This document shows, piece by piece, positions 61,191 to 64,000 of a stretch of 64,000 bases of DNA. Every line of letters starts with the position of its first letter. Position 1 is the first letter of the stretch. The DNA lies in contig RHPI01001327.1 of NCBI GenBank assembly GCA_009103225.1, forward strand, positions 124,001 to 188,000, given 5' to 3'. This DNA comes from Chlorokybus atmophyticus (taxonomy: Eukaryota; Plantae; Mesostigma and Chlorokybus algae). The notes below the pieces were generated by a model. It was not told the origin of the DNA. It saw only the letters and a list, made by a program, of their open reading frames with translations, and did no database searches. A program made the position numbers and the translations under genes.

Positions 61191-62689
61191 GAATGTATAA
61201 GCGAACCACTTAGGTACTGCATACACCTAAGCAGTTGAACTCTCATACAATCATGCTGTCAACATAGCAGCCTGAGAGTGAGCATGCCTTGCCTCAGGCG
61301 TGACACATCACTAACAACACATACGAGACATCGTATCATATGTCGTTAATTTATTGATTCCCAAACTCTCCATTCTTGCAAACAGCATGCATATGAAAGC
61401 ATGGTACACCCGGCGTGATCACCATGTTTATTATATATATTAAGGACCTCATATACCTTACATTATTATCAAAATTGTAGGGTTCAAAGTGTGGCACCCA
61501 TTAACCTTTTAACTCCTTCAAGTTTTAGACCTTGATATTGTTCTTTACGGCTCGAGTTGTGCGCGCGCGAGGGCGTGTGTGCATGTGTACGAGCTCACAT
61601 GCATGCATGCGTGTGTCGCTGTGGATTCGTGCATGTGTGTGCATGCGTGAGTTCGTGTGCGTGCTTTTAAACGGGGGTGTGCGCGTGCATGCATTGACCC
61701 ATGCACACATTGTCGCATGCACGCACGACTCGACTCGACATTACATTCATCAGATGCATGTAAATGCGTGTTGATGTGCGTGTGTGCACATGTATGTAGA
61801 GAAAAAGGCGCATCACTTCTACTAATCTTTTTGAAGCTTTCAATGTGGCACATCTGCACTTCTTACCGCTAGCTTGTATTATTTCGCATCTCCACCTGCT
61901 GTCGCAAGGGCGCGCATGCTTAATTGCTTGCAAGCACGAAGAGCAAATGATGTGCGTGCATGCGTGCATTGCAGCTTACCACGTGATATGTACATGTAAG
62001 TGAGCACGTGGGTGCATGCGTGAGTGTGCTTTCAATAGCAATACGTGTGCGAACATGTGAGTATGTGTACACTGAGGTTATGTATATGCTTGCGCAACCG
62101 ATGCAAAGGCCTTTGCATTGCAATGTTGACAAACAAACGAAACGATGTTGTTTGTGCAAGACGGAATGATGTGAATTGCAAGTTTTGAATGCCAAGGACA
62201 ACATTGTAAAGTGCAATTGTCATGATATGTAACGAAAAAATAATTCTTCAATATTATATATCAATGTATAATAATTGTGAGTATTATACATTGCACAAAC
62301 AAGATGAGATTATGACTACGACATGACAATAATGGATGCGTGCGTGGCTTGCATTACGTGTCACAAATAGGTAAATTGCAATTGTATTATAACATGCAAC
62401 ATATGAACGAATACGCGTCATGGAACGGAATTCAATCGTGGTGTACACACATGCACAGTTGCAGTAAGTGTACTTCGATACGAATCATGGATACACGCTT
62501 TTTCGCACTAACTTGCTGAATATGGTTGTCTTATGATACCAACAAAGCCACTACTTGGTGTGATGATTAAAGAAGCATCATTGGCCACCTATCGGCTATG
62601 GTCGTTGAAATCGTCGGAGTTTTCAACTTGGAAACACACTGAAGCTCGCTCGTGTGCTTGCATGCTTATGCGGTTCAAGCGCAGAATGC

Positions 62690-63064
62690 TTACATGCAGA
62701 ATAAGCCACTGCTGCTCTCAACGCCAGCAGCAGCAGCAGTAACAGGGAGAGCGGCGGCGGCGGCGGCGGCGGAGGACGGGGTGCACACACATACGGACAC
62801 ACGCACATGGAGGTGGAGGCGAAGCAGGCAGAGGTTCTGGAGAGCTTCTGCCTGCTGGCCAAGGGCGCCCGTGGCAGGGCTTGCACACAGGTTGGCAGTT
62901 GTTGTTGTTGTTGTTGTTGTCGGTTGTTTTTTTAAGGTGGAGTCTATGACTTGCAGTTGGTAATTTGCAGCTGAGGTCGCTAGAAGTTGTCGCTGTCGCT
63001 GTTGTTGCAGTGGTTTGCTAAGCTGCAACAAGAGCGGCAACGCCAACTTTGTTATACGTGTCAA
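62690..63064 (-). other. Possible exon of an unresolved gene or pseudogene (Gln/Thr/Ala low complexity)
   Basis: ORF with QQQRQRQ, TTTTTTTT and AAAAAAA runs followed by a GTGCGT intron-like repeat. No recognisable domain. Confidence 0.2.
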
Positions 63065-64000
63065 GCATTTGTTAAACAGCGTTGCATGAGAAAAAAGGGA
63101 GGGGGCTTTGGAACGTGGCCATTTTTACAAGCCTAGTCAAGATATGTATCCTTTACACGTCAGGTTATTCTCTGCGTTACATGTATATATAATAAAATTG
63201 AACATTAACTGCGCACTTTCCGCTTATCTATGCTGCAGCTCATCACAGAGGCGACGTCACATCCAGGACTCTTTGCATTTGGCGAACTGCTTGACGCGCC
63301 GTCAATATCAGAGGTAAATGCAATGCATGAGATCTCTCGCTAAGGAGTTTACTAATTGATGCGTCACTTTGTTCCATCATGTCGCTCTCATGCTTCATGC
63401 ATTCATGAATGTACGTTTAGCGCATGCAAATCTCACACGGTGTTTTGAAACATTGTCTTAAGCATAGGGCATGGCATGATGTTGTCATAATCCGCATTGC
63501 TTTGTTATCCACTTGATCAACTTTGCCATGCATTGATTGTAATAAGCACATTGCAAGCAGTCCGGAGGCTTGCTGCTAAATTTTAAGTGAAACATTACAA
63601 CTGATACAGTATAACCTACTTGCTGCATAGGTTTGTCAGCATGTTGCAACCGAAGCTATTGTGAAGTCTTTACGCAAAGCATTTGTCATAGCATTACAGC
63701 AAGTGGCACTGTGTCTGTGAAGACACTTATAATGAGATATGTCATGAAACAATGAACGTGTGATTGAGGCAGCTATGTGATTGTTCCGCAGCTCGAAGGC
63801 ACCGAACACGCGCCGCATTTGCAGCTGTTGCGCCTTTTTGCACATGGCACCTGGGGCAATTACAAAGGTACTGGGTCATTTAACAACTACCACAATCTCA
63901 AAGCTGCTGCATTGTCGCGTTGCATGCAATTGTCTATGACACAACACATCTGTGTATGTGTATTTTCAGCTCTATCAAGTGAATTGCCGCCGCTTTTGCC

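Overview
This is intron-rich eukaryotic nuclear DNA. A plant-type HMG-CoA reductase, a plant-type WD40 inositol 5-phosphatase, a group-F-like bZIP, an Em/LEA_5 protein, telo-boxes and a CSPP1-like ciliary gene together suggest an early-diverging, flagellate-stage streptophyte alga; this is inference, with no database check. About ten spliced genes lie mostly in head-to-head pairs: a Cys-module/Pro-rich type I membrane protein with an organellar (probably mitochondrial) RecA; Em/LEA5 with a large EF-hand + ankyrin + anoctamin fusion; a bZIP with its inverted pseudogene; a CSPP1-like gene with an EGF-GT4-GT2 glycosyltransferase; TBP with the WD40 5-phosphatase; then HMGR. LTR-retroelement DNA occupies both ends. 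The strongest signal is a 6.6-kb Ty3/gypsy (chromovirus) composite at 54566-61190. It has two ~99% identical 526-bp LTRs in inverted orientation, ends in a 78-bp mini-LTR, and is flanked as one unit by a 5-bp target-site duplication (GAATG). The same mini-LTR family forms a separate PBS-less 669-bp insertion with its own TSD (ATTTA) at 1783-2451. The pol ORF has a degenerate Dam/DIRS-methyltransferase-like segment before the protease and follows gag in frame after a single TAG. Two long intergenic hairpins resemble pre-miRNAs. Gene models were read by eye from GT/GC-AG boundaries, and some termini are approximate.
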